Shown here: in pieces, positions 9,644-19,212 of the stretch | Position numbering within the stretch: the first letter of the stretch is position 1 | How the letters are laid out: every line of letters starts with the position of its first letter | Origin: Candidatus Methylomirabilota bacterium | GTDB lineage: Bacteria > Methylomirabilota > Methylomirabilia > Rokubacteriales > CSP1-6 | Assembly: GCA_046726415.1 (NCBI GenBank) | Contig: JBKPAK010000226.1 | Span: forward strand, 1-37,894 | Reading direction: 5' to 3' | Length of the DNA: 37,894 nucleotides | Position numbers and translations under genes: made by a program | The notes under the pieces: generated by a model | Databases searched by the model: none | What the model was told of the DNA's origin: nothing | The model's input: only the letters and a program-made list of their open reading frames with translations

Positions 9644-10459
9644 TCACGCCGGAGGATTCGGAACCGGACTGGGATCGACCGGCGCGATGTCGCCCATGTC
9701 GGGCTCGAGCTGCAGCGTATCGGCGATCTTGGTGTAGCTCGAGAACATCTGGGTCACCCCGATGACTTCCATCACTCCCCGCTCGCCGACTCCGAGCCGG
9801 CGCATCTCGCCGAGATGAAAGCGCGTGCCAAAGCCCGAGCGCGTGGTGAGGGACACGGCAAAGGCGAGGGCCTCCTTGAATCGCCGCTCCAGCGTGTTGT
9901 CGGCGAAGGCCCGTCGCACGGCCGCCCACAGATCGGCGGCGTAGCCCGCGTCGTGAGCCATCAGGCGTAGTGGCAGCGGCACCACGCCGCCATAGAACTC
10001 GCGCACTTCGGCGAAGAGCGCGCACACCTCGGACGGAGGGTCAGTTTCGTCTACGGCGGTCAGGAGCGGCGGGCCGCCGTCAGCGGCGAGCCCATCCGCG
10101 ACCACGTTGAGGGCATTGGTCATGCCCACTGTGAACGCCGCCTCGTACCACCGCGCATCGCCCGTCATCCCCTGCAGCTTCCCGGCTGCAGTGTGGGCCT
10201 TCACTCAGTACTCGCAGGCGTTGACCCCACTCACCGCAGCCGCCACCATCTCCTTCTCGGCCCGACTGAATTCACCGGGCATCGCCGCGCGCTTCATGGC
10301 GCGGCCGTGGGGGCCACCGAAGCTGGGATCCCAGGCCATCACGCGGCTCATGGCGGGGGGCACGGGAAAGTCGTAGTCGAACCACTGCTTGGAGAGCTCG
10401 AACAGCTTTCGGGTCTTTTCCGGATACTCCGATTCGCTTCGCAGCCTGACCGTTGGCAT
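9644..10459 (-). CDS. AhpD/carboxymuconolactone decarboxylase-family selenoprotein (CxxU), two CMD repeats; Sec TGA at 10207-10205 (codon 85)
   Basis: ORFs 10205..10528 and 9644..10204 are contiguous in one frame: KEMVAAAVSGVNAC-E-Y-TGA-V-K-A-H, the AhpD CxxCxxxH motif; SECIS-like hairpin downstream; SD GGAGGGA upstream of ATG 10459. Confidence 0.85.
10172..10191 (-). promoter_or_regulatory. Putative bacterial SECIS element of the AhpD/CMD gene
   Basis: mRNA: UGA, 13 nt, then CUGCAGC-CGGGAA-GCUGCAG (7-bp perfect stem, G at loop position 2). Confidence 0.75.
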
Positions 10460-10591
10460 GGCGTCCCTCCGCACGACGGCGACTGATTGCCGACGCGACT
10501 TTACACCCGCCCGGCCAACGGCACTCATCGATCGGTGACGCCGGAGCTCGCGTCTTGTCGGGTCATCCCGTACCGTGCCCCGCCGTGCCGG

Positions 10592-11182
10592 TCAGCGCCG
10601 GGCGAGTTGGCCCACCTGTCGCCAGCGGTAGCAGTCGATGGTGTGGTCGTTCACCATGCCAACCGCCTGCATGAAGGCGTAGCAGATGGTGGGCCCTACA
10701 AAGCGGAAGCCGCGTTTCTGGAGATCCTTGCTCAGGGTTCGCGACTCCTCGGTCTCGGCCGGCAATTCCTTGAGCACCGGCCAGGCGTTCTGCCGAGGTC
10801 GGCCCCCCACGAAACTCCAGACGTAGGCGTCGAAGCTCCCATGCTCGCGCTGCACGGCGAGAAAGGCGCGGGCGTTGGCCACGGTGGCCTCGATCTTGGC
10901 GCGGTTGCGCACGATGGCCGGATCGACAAGCAGACGCGCCATGCGGGCTGCGGTGTAGCGCGCCACCCGGGCCGGATCGAAGCCGCCGAACGCTCGGCGG
11001 TAGCCGTCGCGCTTCCTCAGGATGGTGGCCCAACTCAGTCCGGCCTGGGCGCCCTCGAGGATGAGGAACTCGAACAGTGTGCGGTCGTCGTGAACGGGCA
11101 CCCCCCACTCCTCGTCGTGATAGACGATGTCGAGGGGGTCCCTGGCCCAGGCGCAGCGCGATCGCGTCGACGGCGCACTCAC
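10592..11182 (-). CDS. tag: DNA-3-methyladenine glycosylase I
   Basis: RCAW, YHDEEWGVPVHDD, LEGAQAGLSW, IVRNRAKI, GFRFVGPTICYAFMQAVGMVNDH. Confidence 0.95.
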   Translation of the reverse strand: MSAPSTRSRCAWARDPLDIVYHDEEWGVPVHDDRTLFEFLILEGAQAGLSWATILRKRDGYRRAFGGFDPARVARYTAARMARLLVDPAIVRNRAKIEATVANARAFLAVQREHGSFDAYVWSFVGGRPRQNAWPVLKELPAETEESRTLSKDLQKRGFRFVGPTICYAFMQAVGMVNDHTIDCYRWRQVGQLARR

Positions 11183-11277
11183 CCGACGATTATGCCCGAA
11201 CCCTCAGGCGCCGGAGCCCGCGCCGGACACCGGGAACAGGACCGGCGTGGGTAACGTTATCGGGGTACGCTTGAAGT

Positions 11278-11655
11278 ATGCGCTTGGGGATCCTCATCGC
11301 CGGTTGTCTACTGCTGCTGGCCGAAGCGGCGGCCGCCCAGCCGCGGCTCCAGCCCATCGTCGTGGATCAGGAACAGATCTTCGACATCACCTGGCGGATC
11401 GACGAGCTCGAGGGGCGTCCTATCCTGGACGGCTACATCGCGAACAAGAGCTTCTACTGGGCGGCCCGGATCCAACTCTTGGTGGATCAGCTCGACGCGA
11501 CTGGCCGCGTCGTTCACCAGCAACTCGCCTGGCTCGGGGTGGTGCTGTTTCCCGGAGAGCGCTCGTACTTCGACGTCTCGGTCCCCGACGCGAAGGCGCG
11601 CTACACCGTGCAGGTCTATGCCTTCACCAGAGGCTTCGGCACCGAGATGAAGTAG
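11278..11655 (+). CDS. Small secreted beta-rich (FxLYD/Ig-like) hypothetical protein, paralog 1
   Basis: Signal peptide ending AAAQ; shares RIQLLVDxLDAxG...WLG...YFDV with the next two genes. Confidence 0.75.
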   Translation: MRLGILIAGCLLLLAEAAAAQPRLQPIVVDQEQIFDITWRIDELEGRPILDGYIANKSFYWAARIQLLVDQLDATGRVVHQQLAWLGVVLFPGERSYFDVSVPDAKARYTVQVYAFTRGFGTEMK

Positions 11656-11668
11656 GAGACCGACCGCG

Positions 11669-12055
11669 ATGGCTCGCCCGCACATCGGCGCCGCGCTCGC
11701 GCTGTTGATCGCGTTGCTGATCGGTCATGGCTCCGCTGCCCAGGCCCTGGAGCCGCTCGAGGTCGACTGGGAGCAGGTATTTCGCCTCGACTGGCGCGTG
11801 AGCGAGAGTGACGGCCAGCCCCTGATCTTCGGCAAGATCTACAACGTCAGCTTCTACGCGACCAATCGCATCCAGCTCCTCGTGGACCGGCTCGACGCGA
11901 GCGGGGGCACGGTGGCCCAGCAGGTCGCCTGGCTGGGCTTCGGCCTCAAGCCTGGCGACAGCGCGTTCTTCGACGTCCCCGTCGGGGACCGCGCGGTCGC
12001 CTATCGCGTGCGCGTCTTCGCCTTCAACCGCAAGTTGGGGACGATCCAGGACTAG
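11669..12055 (+). CDS. Small secreted beta-rich hypothetical protein, paralog 2
   Basis: Signal peptide; SD AGGAG; RIQLLVDRLDASG...WLG...FFDVPV. Confidence 0.75.
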   Translation: MARPHIGAALALLIALLIGHGSAAQALEPLEVDWEQVFRLDWRVSESDGQPLIFGKIYNVSFYATNRIQLLVDRLDASGGTVAQQVAWLGFGLKPGDSAFFDVPVGDRAVAYRVRVFAFNRKLGTIQD

Positions 12056-12118
12056 CCGACTGGACCGATGAACGCCTTCGACCCCGCGTTCGATTCCCCG
12101 CAGAGTGAGGGAACCCGT

Positions 12119-12502
12119 ATGGGTGGGCGACACCGAATTCGCCGATTCGCGCTGGCGCTGTTGGCGGCGACCCTGGCGGGCACCGTGGTTGCCGTGGCCC
12201 AGCCCCTCTCGCCGCGAGTCAACAACTGGGAAGACTACTTTCGGATCGACTGGCAGGCGAGCGAGGACGGCGGGCGACCGTCCCTGAGCGGTTACGTGTG
12301 GAGTGTCAACAAGTACGGGGCGCGGTGGATGCAGCTCCTCGTCGACAGAGTCGATTCGAGCGGAGCGCTTCTCGACCAGCGGCTCGTGTGGCTTCCCTCC
12401 GAAGTTCCGCGCGGCAGCCGCGTCTACTTCGAGGTCCCGGTCGCCCCGGCGGCGAAGTACCGGGTCAGCGTGTTCGCCTACGAGTTCACGCCCCGCCCCT
12501 GA
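12119..12502 (+). CDS. Small secreted beta-rich hypothetical protein, paralog 3
   Basis: Signal peptide after ATG 12119 (SD GAGGG); MQLLVDRVDSSG...VWL...YFEVPV. Confidence 0.7.
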   Translation: MGGRHRIRRFALALLAATLAGTVVAVAQPLSPRVNNWEDYFRIDWQASEDGGRPSLSGYVWSVNKYGARWMQLLVDRVDSSGALLDQRLVWLPSEVPRGSRVYFEVPVAPAAKYRVSVFAYEFTPRP

Positions 12503-13772
12503 CGCCGCCGACGTCGACCCCGACCAGGGCGTTGGCGACCACCGCGCGGCCAGTCTCGCGCAGCGCCGCCCGGTCGGCCTCGGGATCGGCCAGCGGCGGG
12601 ACCCGGAGCACCGTATCCTGCGCATGGGTGGCGATGACACCACGAGCCGCGAGGGCGATCTCGCGGGGATCGCCGCCGTTGGCCACCGCCCGGATGCCGT
12701 CGCGCACGATCCGCCGCAGCATGATCACCCCGCGGTCGGTGGAGGCCAGATGCTCCAGGGCGTGGATGGCGATGGGCCGCTGGCTCGACTGCGCGTCGTA
12801 GTCCGCGGGATGCCGCTGCCGCTCGTCATACGTCCGGTCGGCCGCCTGTCCGAAGCCCGGACTGGCAATGGCGGCAGCGTCGAGGCCCCAGGCCGGATCG
12901 ACCTGGGCCAGCTCGAAGTTGGTGGTGTGCGTGTCGTCGTTGGCCACGGCCCAGCGGATGATCACGGGGCGGTGCCCGACGCGCTCCGCTGCCGCTTCCT
13001 CGATCTCGCGGGTGAACTGGTGGACGTTGGGCGCCATGAAGTCCGCCACGCGGACCCACGCCAGCTCTCCCACGCGTCGGGTGGCCACGTAGATCATGCC
13101 GTACGGTCGCTCCTGCCATTCCAGCTCCGCCAGCTGGCCGAAGGCCGCGGTGAACTGGTCGCCGCTGCTCAGCGCGTGCAGGAAGGACGTGTGCACGGGA
13201 TCCATGCTGTTGTCCTTGATCTGCAGCCAGTTGCACGGCAGTTTGAAACGCGCGGCGGGCCGCAGCGCGAATCCCGGCACCTCGAACGTGTCGTAGCGGG
13301 GGAAGGGCGGCCGGCGGTCGGGCGAGCCAAGATACGCAAAGATCAATCCCGCATACTCGAGCGTCGGATACGCGCCCTGGCAGATCCGGTGTCTATACGT
13401 GCTCCCCGCCGGCTCCCCCGGCGTTTCGAGGACGGAGCCATCCACGTCGAAGAGCCAGCCGTGGTAGCAGCAGCGGAGGCCGCGCTCACCGATGACGCCG
13501 TACTCCAGCGATGTGCCGCGGTGCAGGCAATGCAGGTGCAGGAGTCCCACCCGGCCGCCGCGGTCGCGGAAGATCACGAGATCCTCGCCCATGATGCGCA
13601 GGCGTCGCGGAACGTCGCCAAGCTCACGCGCGAAGGCCACCGGTTGCCAGAAGCGCCGTAGATACTCCCCGCCCGGGGTGCCGGGTCCGACGCGCGTCAG
13701 CTCGGTGTCCTCAGGGGGGACCTCGCGCAGAAGGTATCCCCCATAGGGTACGTACTGGCGCTCCGTCGCCAT
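12486..13772 (-). CDS. Rieske non-heme iron oxygenase alpha subunit (phthalate 4,5-dioxygenase-like)
   Basis: LTRVGPGTPGGEYLRRFWQP, Rieske CLHRG...CCYHGW, mononuclear Fe site DNSMDPVHTSFLH. Confidence 0.9.
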   Translation of the reverse strand: MATERQYVPYGGYLLREVPPEDTELTRVGPGTPGGEYLRRFWQPVAFARELGDVPRRLRIMGEDLVIFRDRGGRVGLLHLHCLHRGTSLEYGVIGERGLRCCYHGWLFDVDGSVLETPGEPAGSTYRHRICQGAYPTLEYAGLIFAYLGSPDRRPPFPRYDTFEVPGFALRPAARFKLPCNWLQIKDNSMDPVHTSFLHALSSGDQFTAAFGQLAELEWQERPYGMIYVATRRVGELAWVRVADFMAPNVHQFTREIEEAAAERVGHRPVIIRWAVANDDTHTTNFELAQVDPAWGLDAAAIASPGFGQAADRTYDERQRHPADYDAQSSQRPIAIHALEHLASTDRGVIMLRRIVRDGIRAVANGGDPREIALAARGVIATHAQDTVLRVPPLADPEADRAALRETGRAVVANALVGVDVGGVRGGA

Positions 13773-13784
13773 CGCTCGACTCTC

Positions 13785-14804
13785 TCAGGACAGCCGGTAA
13801 AAGTGCCGAGCGTTTGCCGCGAGCACCTGGCGCTTCTGCTCGTCCGTGAGATCGCCGCGATCGGTCAGCTCTTTCACCGACTTTGGATAGCTGTGGTCCC
13901 AGTGGGGAAAGTCGGACGCATACATGATCCGGTCGGCCCCGACGTAGGCAAGGGCTTGCGGCAGGAGCGGTTCGTCGGCCTCGCACGAAAAGTAGATGCG
14001 GCCTTGCCGCACGTACTCCGTGGGCGACTTCCGCAGCAGCGTCGCCTCGACGTGGCCGCGCTTCTCGTACTCTTCGTCCATGCGCTGCAGGAAGTACGGG
14101 ATCCAGCCCGAGCCCGCCTCCAGATACGCGATGGTCAGCTCCGGAAAGCGCTCGGGGACACCGTCGAAGATCATCGAGGTGATCTGGCGGAGCTGGGCGA
14201 AGGCGTGAGAACACGTATGGGCTTGGATGAACTTCGGGAAGGGCTCATGGCCGGCGGCGCCCATGTCCGTGCCCGCGGCATGGACGCCGATGGGGACGCC
14301 CAGGCGCTGCGCCGTCGCGTAGATCGGATCGAAGCGCGCATGGCCAAGCAGGTAATAGCTGTCCGCCGACACCATGGCGCCCACGAAGCCCAGCTCACCC
14401 ACACACCGCTCCAGCTCTCGCGCCGCCGCCGGCGGATCCTGCAACGGCAGCAAGGCCACCCCCTTGAGGCGCGGGCTCTGGCTGGTGATCTCCTTGTGAA
14501 GCATCGTGTTGTAGGCGCGGGACAGCACCACCGCCCAGTCGGCGTCCCGCAGAAACGGCATGAAGAGACCGAGGGTGGGAAAGAGCACGGCCATGCTCAT
14601 GCCGCCTGCGTCGAGAGCCTCGACCCAGGAACGCTGGTCGCCCGCCCAGTTGCCTTTCGTCCCGATCAACCGCCGATCCCAGCCGTCCTGGGGAAAGAAC
14701 GATGTCAGCAGAGGCCGGTTGCGATAGGGCGGCTCCAGATGGCGCGCGATCTGTTCCCAGGTCTCCGTGACGTGCCCATCGGCGTCGATGATCTCGAAGC
14801 TCAT
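13785..14804 (-). CDS. Amidohydrolase_2 family protein (putative decarboxylase/hydratase)
   Basis: IIDADGH, LEAGSGW, YASDFPHWD, ANARHFY; SD GGAGGA upstream of ATG 14804. Confidence 0.9.
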   Translation of the reverse strand: MSFEIIDADGHVTETWEQIARHLEPPYRNRPLLTSFFPQDGWDRRLIGTKGNWAGDQRSWVEALDAGGMSMAVLFPTLGLFMPFLRDADWAVVLSRAYNTMLHKEITSQSPRLKGVALLPLQDPPAAARELERCVGELGFVGAMVSADSYYLLGHARFDPIYATAQRLGVPIGVHAAGTDMGAAGHEPFPKFIQAHTCSHAFAQLRQITSMIFDGVPERFPELTIAYLEAGSGWIPYFLQRMDEEYEKRGHVEATLLRKSPTEYVRQGRIYFSCEADEPLLPQALAYVGADRIMYASDFPHWDHSYPKSVKELTDRGDLTDEQKRQVLAANARHFYRLS

Positions 14805-15186
14805 ATCGATCCTCCGTGCGTCGATGTCGGCCCTGCCGCTCGTCGTCCCCGGCCGGGCGCACAATGGTCGCGTGATCGAAGCGATTGATCTCGTCGCGGG
14901 GAACCGAAACACGCCTCCTTTCGGTTGTCCGCGTGCGGCAAGATCTTCTGGAATTCGCCACTTCGATGGGGAGGGCGCTCACCGCGCCCGCTAGCGTACT
15001 ACGATCCGGGGCGCGATGCGCGCTCGGCCCGGCCATCGAGGACTCGGCGCCGCTCATCGATGGCATCGCGGAGGGTGGCCGGCGCTCCCGACGCCGCCGA
15101 TGACCAATGCGCTCAGAGTTCGAGCCATGGGCACTGGCGTTGGCGCGGCGTTCCTGCTACAAGGGCGGGTGAGTCGCAGGTCGGGT

Positions 15187-16788
15187 ATGGATGACGTCCT
15201 CCTCATCCGCGGAGGTCTGGTCGTCGACGGCACCGGCGCCTCCGCGCGCGAGGCCGATGTGGCGGTGCGAGACGGGCGCATCGTGGCCATCGAGCCGCCC
15301 TCTGCCCGCGCCGCTCACCGCGTGATCGACGCGCGCGGGCACGTCGTCGCCCCCGGCTTCATCGACATCCACACGCACTCTGACTTCACCTTGCCGCTCA
15401 ACCCGCGGGCCGAGAGCAAGATCAGGCAGGGCGTCACCACCGAAGTGGTGGGCAACTGCGGGTTCTCGGCGGCGCCCGCGTTGCCGGGGCGAGTCGACCT
15501 GCTGGGTGATTATCTGGGGGCGAGCGCGCCGGGGTTGCCGCTCCGGGCCACCACGTTTGCCCAGTATCTCGACGCGTTCCCCGCCACCTCGGTGAACACG
15601 ATCATGCAGGTCGGCCACCACACGCTGCGCCTGATGGCCGTGGGAATGGACGATCGCCCCGCCACCACCGACGAGCTCGCCACGATGCAGCGCCTTCTGG
15701 AGGAAGCGCTGGGCGCCGGCGCCCTCGCTCTGTCTTCGGGACTCTTCACGCCCCCCGGCAGCTACGCGGACCGCGACGAGATTCATGCCCTCGCTCGCGT
15801 CCTGCGCCGCCACGGCGCCCAGTACGCCTCGCACATCCGCAACGAGGCCAACCGGGTCTTCGACGCCGTCGATGAGGCCATCGCCGTCGGCGAGGCCATC
15901 GGGGTTCATGTCCAGATCGCCCATCTGAAGCTCTCCGGAACCGACAACTGGGGCGGCGCCGGACGCCTCCTGGCCACGATCGACGCCGCTCGCCGGCGCG
16001 GGGTCCGGGTCGACTGCGACCAGTACCCCTACGACACGGGGACGAATCCGCTTCGCAATCTGCTGCCGAGCTGGGTGCAGGAGGGCGGTATCCCTGCGCT
16101 GTTGCAGCGCCTTCGCCAGCCCGAGGTCCGCATGCGCATCCGTGAGGACATCGCCCGGAACGGGCTGAACAACTTTGGCGCCATCCCCTCGTGGGACGCG
16201 GTGCGCGTGGCGGTCTCGCCGCGCCGCCCAGCGTGCGCCGGGCAGACGTTCGCCACCCTGGCGCGCCAACGCGGCGGCGATCCTCTCGACGCCGTGTGCG
16301 ACCACCTGCTCGACGACGGCGGCCATACGCGGATCCTGATCACCTCCTTGGCCGAGGCCGATGTCCGCGACATCGCGCGCACGCCGTGGGTGCTGGTAGG
16401 TTCTGATGGCAATGCCATTGCTCCCTACGGCGTGACCAGCGGTGGCAAGCCGCACCCGCGCTACTACGGCACCTTCGCCCGCACGCTCGGCCAGTACGTC
16501 CGCGATCTGCGCTTGCTCAGCCTCCCGCAGGCGATCTGGAAGATGACGGGCGGGTCCGCGGCGGCCCTCGGCCTCGCCGACCGCGGTCTCCTCCGCGAAG
16601 GATACTGGGCGGACATGACGGTGTTCGATCCGGAACGCATCGCCGACTGCGCAACCTACGACGATCCCCATCGATACGCCGCGGGCGTGTCGACGGTGCT
16701 GGTCAACGGCGAAGTGGTCATCGACGGTGGCGAGCACACTGGCGCGCTGCCGGGCCGCGTGCTCCGCCGTCGCGTACCCGTGCCCTAG
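15187..16788 (+). CDS. N-acyl-D-amino-acid deacylase (D-aminoacylase) family
   Basis: APGFIDIHTHSD, QGVTTEVVGNCG, HIRNE, DQYPY, GSDG, GKPHPRYYGTF. Confidence 0.92.
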   Translation: MDDVLLIRGGLVVDGTGASAREADVAVRDGRIVAIEPPSARAAHRVIDARGHVVAPGFIDIHTHSDFTLPLNPRAESKIRQGVTTEVVGNCGFSAAPALPGRVDLLGDYLGASAPGLPLRATTFAQYLDAFPATSVNTIMQVGHHTLRLMAVGMDDRPATTDELATMQRLLEEALGAGALALSSGLFTPPGSYADRDEIHALARVLRRHGAQYASHIRNEANRVFDAVDEAIAVGEAIGVHVQIAHLKLSGTDNWGGAGRLLATIDAARRRGVRVDCDQYPYDTGTNPLRNLLPSWVQEGGIPALLQRLRQPEVRMRIREDIARNGLNNFGAIPSWDAVRVAVSPRRPACAGQTFATLARQRGGDPLDAVCDHLLDDGGHTRILITSLAEADVRDIARTPWVLVGSDGNAIAPYGVTSGGKPHPRYYGTFARTLGQYVRDLRLLSLPQAIWKMTGGSAAALGLADRGLLREGYWADMTVFDPERIADCATYDDPHRYAAGVSTVLVNGEVVIDGGEHTGALPGRVLRRRVPVP

Positions 16789-16815
16789 GTCCTCGTCTGT
16801 CGGGCGCTCCTGACG

Positions 16816-18207
16816 TCAGGGTACTCGGCGGAGGGGTTCGCCAATCGCCCTCCAGTACGGCAGGGCCACCGCCAGGACGACGAGCGCGGCCAGCACCGTC
16901 ATCCAGACGCCGAAGCGGAAGATCTCGGGCGCGCTCAGATGTCCGCGCTGGTACACGACCAGGGACGACGCGCTCTGGGCCGGATAGTAGAGGACAGCAT
17001 CACCGGCAATGGTGACTACGAGCCCGCACACGAGGGGATTGAGTCCGGTCACGGTGCCGATGGACATGGCCACGGGGATCGTCGTGGCGAGAAACCCGGT
17101 GATGTTGGGAATCACCAGGCGCACGAGCGCCGCCCCGGCGAGCAGGATTGCCACCACCAGAAGGGGACGCTGCCCGGCGGACGGTGTGGCCTGCACGATG
17201 AGCCCGGCCAGCCAGCCGCTCGCGCCGCTCTGCACCAGCGCATGGGCCAGCGAGAGCGACGAGGCAAGCACGAAGAAGTTCGCCCAGCCCACTCCGCGCT
17301 CGAAGTCGTTCCACGACAGCACGCCCACACCTGGCGCTAGCAGGCAGGCCCACGCCACCATCGCGGGGAGCGCCGGCGGAAGCGCGTCCGTCAACCAGAG
17401 AGCCGCGGCCCCCGCGGTGATGATCGCCGTCCGCCACTCCGGCGCCGAGAGCGGTTCCCAGCTAGCGACCGGGGTCACCGGCAGCGCCTCATCGAAGCCG
17501 CGCCGGTAGGTCAGATAGATCAGGAGAGCGCCGGCCAGCAGCAGCACGCCGTACGGCACACTCATCAGGGCAAACCATCGCGTCCAGGAAATGCCGCCGA
17601 TCAGCCCGGCCGCCACGATGGGCGTGATACCTCCCGTGAGCAGTATCGTCGACGCCAGGCGGTTGATGGAGTTGAGGGCCATCATGACGGCGCGAGCGAT
17701 CGGCGCGCCGGGTGGCACGCCACTCAGCGCGAGGGCCTGGTCGTAGACGTGGACGAGGATGCCCGTGCGCGTGGTCGCCGAGGGCAGGAGGAGCGTGAGC
17801 AACGGGAAGGCGGCCAGGAGTTGCACGTAGAGCGCGTGGGGACGGCCACGACAGCCGCGGAGGAATGCGCGGGCCACCCGCTCCGCCAGCCCACTGTGGG
17901 AGACGGCCAGCCCGATGGTCAGGACGCCAATCAAGAAACACGCGATCGGATCCGCGAAGCCGATCAGCGCCTCGCGCATGCCGGGCACGGCCCGGAACAC
18001 GACGAGCGCGATCACGACTACCACACCGGTCACCCCGGCCGGGAGCGTCTCGGTACCCCAGAGCGCGACGGCGAGGGCGGCCACGGCGAGAACGCGCTGC
18101 CCCTCCGGCGAGAGGTCCTCCGGCCGCGGCAACAACAGCATCAACGCACACGGGCCCGCCACCACGAGTGCGCGAACCGCCCACCAACGCACCCCGTCCC
18201 GTCGCAT
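16816..18207 (-). CDS. SLC13/DASS family anion transporter
   Basis: LWGTETLP, GFADP, SGLAERVA, LPSATTR; many TM segments. Confidence 0.8.
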   Translation of the reverse strand: MRRDGVRWWAVRALVVAGPCALMLLLPRPEDLSPEGQRVLAVAALAVALWGTETLPAGVTGVVVVIALVVFRAVPGMREALIGFADPIACFLIGVLTIGLAVSHSGLAERVARAFLRGCRGRPHALYVQLLAAFPLLTLLLPSATTRTGILVHVYDQALALSGVPPGAPIARAVMMALNSINRLASTILLTGGITPIVAAGLIGGISWTRWFALMSVPYGVLLLAGALLIYLTYRRGFDEALPVTPVASWEPLSAPEWRTAIITAGAAALWLTDALPPALPAMVAWACLLAPGVGVLSWNDFERGVGWANFFVLASSLSLAHALVQSGASGWLAGLIVQATPSAGQRPLLVVAILLAGAALVRLVIPNITGFLATTIPVAMSIGTVTGLNPLVCGLVVTIAGDAVLYYPAQSASSLVVYQRGHLSAPEIFRFGVWMTVLAALVVLAVALPYWRAIGEPLRRVP

Positions 18208-18318
18208 CGGTTGAAGATACTGCTCGGCGTGCGCGGGCACCGAGTGAATTGACGGCAGAGGCCGACTGACTCCCACCGCCGATGTCGGCCCTCGTGGGGT
18301 CGATCCGGCCCGCGCCGG

Positions 18319-19212
18319 CTAGAGCTGCAGCACGGCCAGGCCGGCGATGGTCACGAGGACCCCGAGGACGGCGCCCAGAGAAAGTCGTTCGCCCAGGAAG
18401 ATCGCGCCGAGGGGGATGGCAAACATCGGGGCCACCGACGAAAGGATGCTGCCCATGGCGACGCCCGCGTACTTGATTCCCGCCACGTACATCACCGAGC
18501 TGAACACCGTGAGCAGCGACAACGCGGCCATGCGTACGATGACCGTCCGGCCGCTGTTCACCAGCGCCCCCACCGCGCCCCGCGTCCACGGCATCATCCA
18601 GAGGATGGCCGCGGCCACCGGCAGACGCACGCTCTGCACGGCCGCCGCGTCCAGTTCCTGCAGCGGCGCCTTCATCATGATGGGCGAGATGCCCCACGCC
18701 ACCGACGCCAGGCTGGCCGCCCCCACGCCCAACCAGTAGTGCTCGTGTCGCTCCTCCGTCGCGTGCGACCGACCGGCGACGATCAGCGCGATGCCCGCCA
18801 GGGTCAGGAGAGCGCCCACCACCACGCGGGCCGTGATGGTCTCGTCGAGGATGAGCGCGGCCAGCAGGGTGGTGATCAGCGGATAGGTCATGGCAATCGT
18901 CATGGATCGGGCCAGACCGACGGCGCGGCTGCTCTCGAAGAAGAGGTTGTCGCCGACGCCGACCGCCAACGCGATCGAGAGGGCGAGGAGGACAAACGTC
19001 GTCATCGACATGGACGTCAGCGCGCGCACGCCGTCCACCGCCACCACCCAGCCCACCAGGAGGACGCCGGCCACCGTCGACCGGATGGCGTTGATGGCGA
19101 CGAAGCTGAGGGTGGGATGGATCGTGCGCGCGAGCAAGCTGGTCAGCGCCCACGTGAAGGCCGAGCCCAGCGCAGAGAGAGCGCCGACGCCCGGCGGGGC
19201 CAGGAGGTCCAC
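18319..19212 (-). CDS. DMT/EamA family transporter
   Basis: About 10 TM segments in two repeats; PMFAIPLGAIFLGERLS. Confidence 0.88.
   Translation of the reverse strand: MDLLAPPGVGALSALGSAFTWALTSLLARTIHPTLSFVAINAIRSTVAGVLLVGWVVAVDGVRALTSMSMTTFVLLALSIALAVGVGDNLFFESSRAVGLARSMTIAMTYPLITTLLAALILDETITARVVVGALLTLAGIALIVAGRSHATEERHEHYWLGVGAASLASVAWGISPIMMKAPLQELDAAAVQSVRLPVAAAILWMMPWTRGAVGALVNSGRTVIVRMAALSLLTVFSSVMYVAGIKYAGVAMGSILSSVAPMFAIPLGAIFLGERLSLGAVLGVLVTIAGLAVLQL

Noticed and set aside
10205-10207. Reading the AhpD and Trx-NHL TGAs as nonsense mutations (pseudogenes) or as a reassigned genetic code
   Set aside because: Both fall exactly on catalytic Cys positions and are followed by hairpins; many other genes in the window use TGA as a normal stop
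14805-15186. About 380-nt intergenic region with several hairpins as a possible ncRNA or small ORF
   Set aside because: No recognisable RNA family motif or credible coding signal; consistent with a divergent promoter region
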